Shown: one piece after another, positions 31,629 through 32,000 of the stretch
Layout: every line of letters begins with the position of its first letter
How positions within the stretch are numbered: position 1 is the first letter of the stretch
From: Haloferax volcanii DS2
GTDB taxonomy: Archaea > Halobacteriota > Halobacteria > Halobacteriales > Haloferacaceae
Assembly (NCBI RefSeq): GCF_000025685.1
Contig: NC_013964.1
Location: 60,001-92,000 of the forward strand
DNA: 32,000 nt
Direction of reading: 5' to 3'
Notes under the pieces: model-generated
The model's database searches: none
The model's input: the letters and a program-made list of their open reading frames with translations, nothing else
Told to the model about the DNA's origin: nothing
Program-made: the position numbers and the translations under genes

Positions 31629-32000
31629 TCTTGGTAGATGTCGGGGAACCAGTAGTCGAAGCTCATCGACGGCCGGAAGGTGTAGCCCGCCACGTCGGCG
31701 GCGAAGGCGTGTTTCTTCGACTGGACGAAGATGAACAGGTCGGGGTACTGGTTCGCGATGCGTTCTTGCACCTCGGCGTACAGTTCGGCGCGGGCGTCGG
31801 CGTCGACCGTCGAGCGCGCCTCGTCGATGAGGGAATCGACGTTCTCGTCTTCGAGGTGTTCCATGCTCATCCACGTCGAGGCGGCCTCGGAGTGGTACTG
31901 GTTGTAGAACACCGTGTCGGGCGAGGGGTACACCGGCCCGTAGAACACCTGATTGATGTGGGGCGTGTCCTCGACGCTCGTGGCGAGTTCCGTCATCGTC
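31625..32000 (-). CDS. ABC substrate-binding protein, family 5 (peptide/opine/nickel type), C-terminal ~125 codons only
   Basis: The frame stays open to the window edge, and the M at 31996 in the track is internal. The sequence ...DARAELYAEVQERIANQYPDLFIFVQSKKHAFAADVAGYTFRPSMSFDYWFPDIYQE is a typical SBP_bac_5 C-terminus. Confidence 0.75.
   Translation of the reverse strand, partial: TMTELATSVEDTPHINQVFYGPVYPSPDTVFYNQYHSEAASTWMSMEHLEDENVDSLIDEARSTVDADARAELYAEVQERIANQYPDLFIFVQSKKHAFAADVAGYTFRPSMSFDYWFPDIYQE

Noticed and set aside
1-32000. Mobile elements, integrases, toxin-antitoxin or defence genes, rRNA/tRNA genes, CRISPR arrays.
   Set aside because: I recognised none on either strand. All sizeable acidic ORFs are accounted for by metabolic, transport or regulatory families.

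Overview
About 32 kb of very GC-rich DNA. The real genes encode strongly acidic proteins, use ATG or GTG starts, often overlap by 1-8 nt at stop/start junctions, and sit behind short AT-rich spacers with TATA-like boxes. This fits a haloarchaeal (Halobacteria) replicon. The left half matches my memory of the Haloferax pHV3-type cob cluster, which I cannot verify here. I call 32 protein-coding genes. I found no rRNA or tRNA genes, CRISPR arrays, transposases or integrases. Block 1 (1-14520) is a cobalamin block. It has cobN (partial) back-to-back with a fused chlI/chlD gene. Next comes an 11-gene, almost gap-free minus-strand operon: cbiT-cbiL-cbiF-cbiG-cbiH-cbiH'-ferredoxin-unknown-cbiX::ferredoxin-unknown-beta-propeller. 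This operon is divergent from cbtB-cbtA-[2Fe-2S] ferredoxin. Block 2 (14645-22491) holds regulators and small-molecule catabolism genes: two Lrp/AsnC regulators, one HTH_10/Bat-type regulator, an APC permease, a succinate-semialdehyde-type aldehyde dehydrogenase divergent from a class III aminotransferase, and a Zn alcohol dehydrogenase. Block 3 (22704-32000) is one overlapped minus-strand operon. It encodes a peptide-type ABC importer (SBP partial, two permeases, two ATPases), then a HyuA-like hydantoinase/oxoprolinase-family ATPase bracketed by three DUF917 paralogs, with no HyuB partner in the window. Block 3 is my best candidate for an undescribed system. Second is the set of uncharacterised and Fe-S/Cys-rich modules embedded in the cob operon. 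Third are the repeated cis-elements in the AT-rich promoter spacers. The many long Arg/Pro/Gly-rich ORFs in other frames of the supplied track are GC-bias artefacts.
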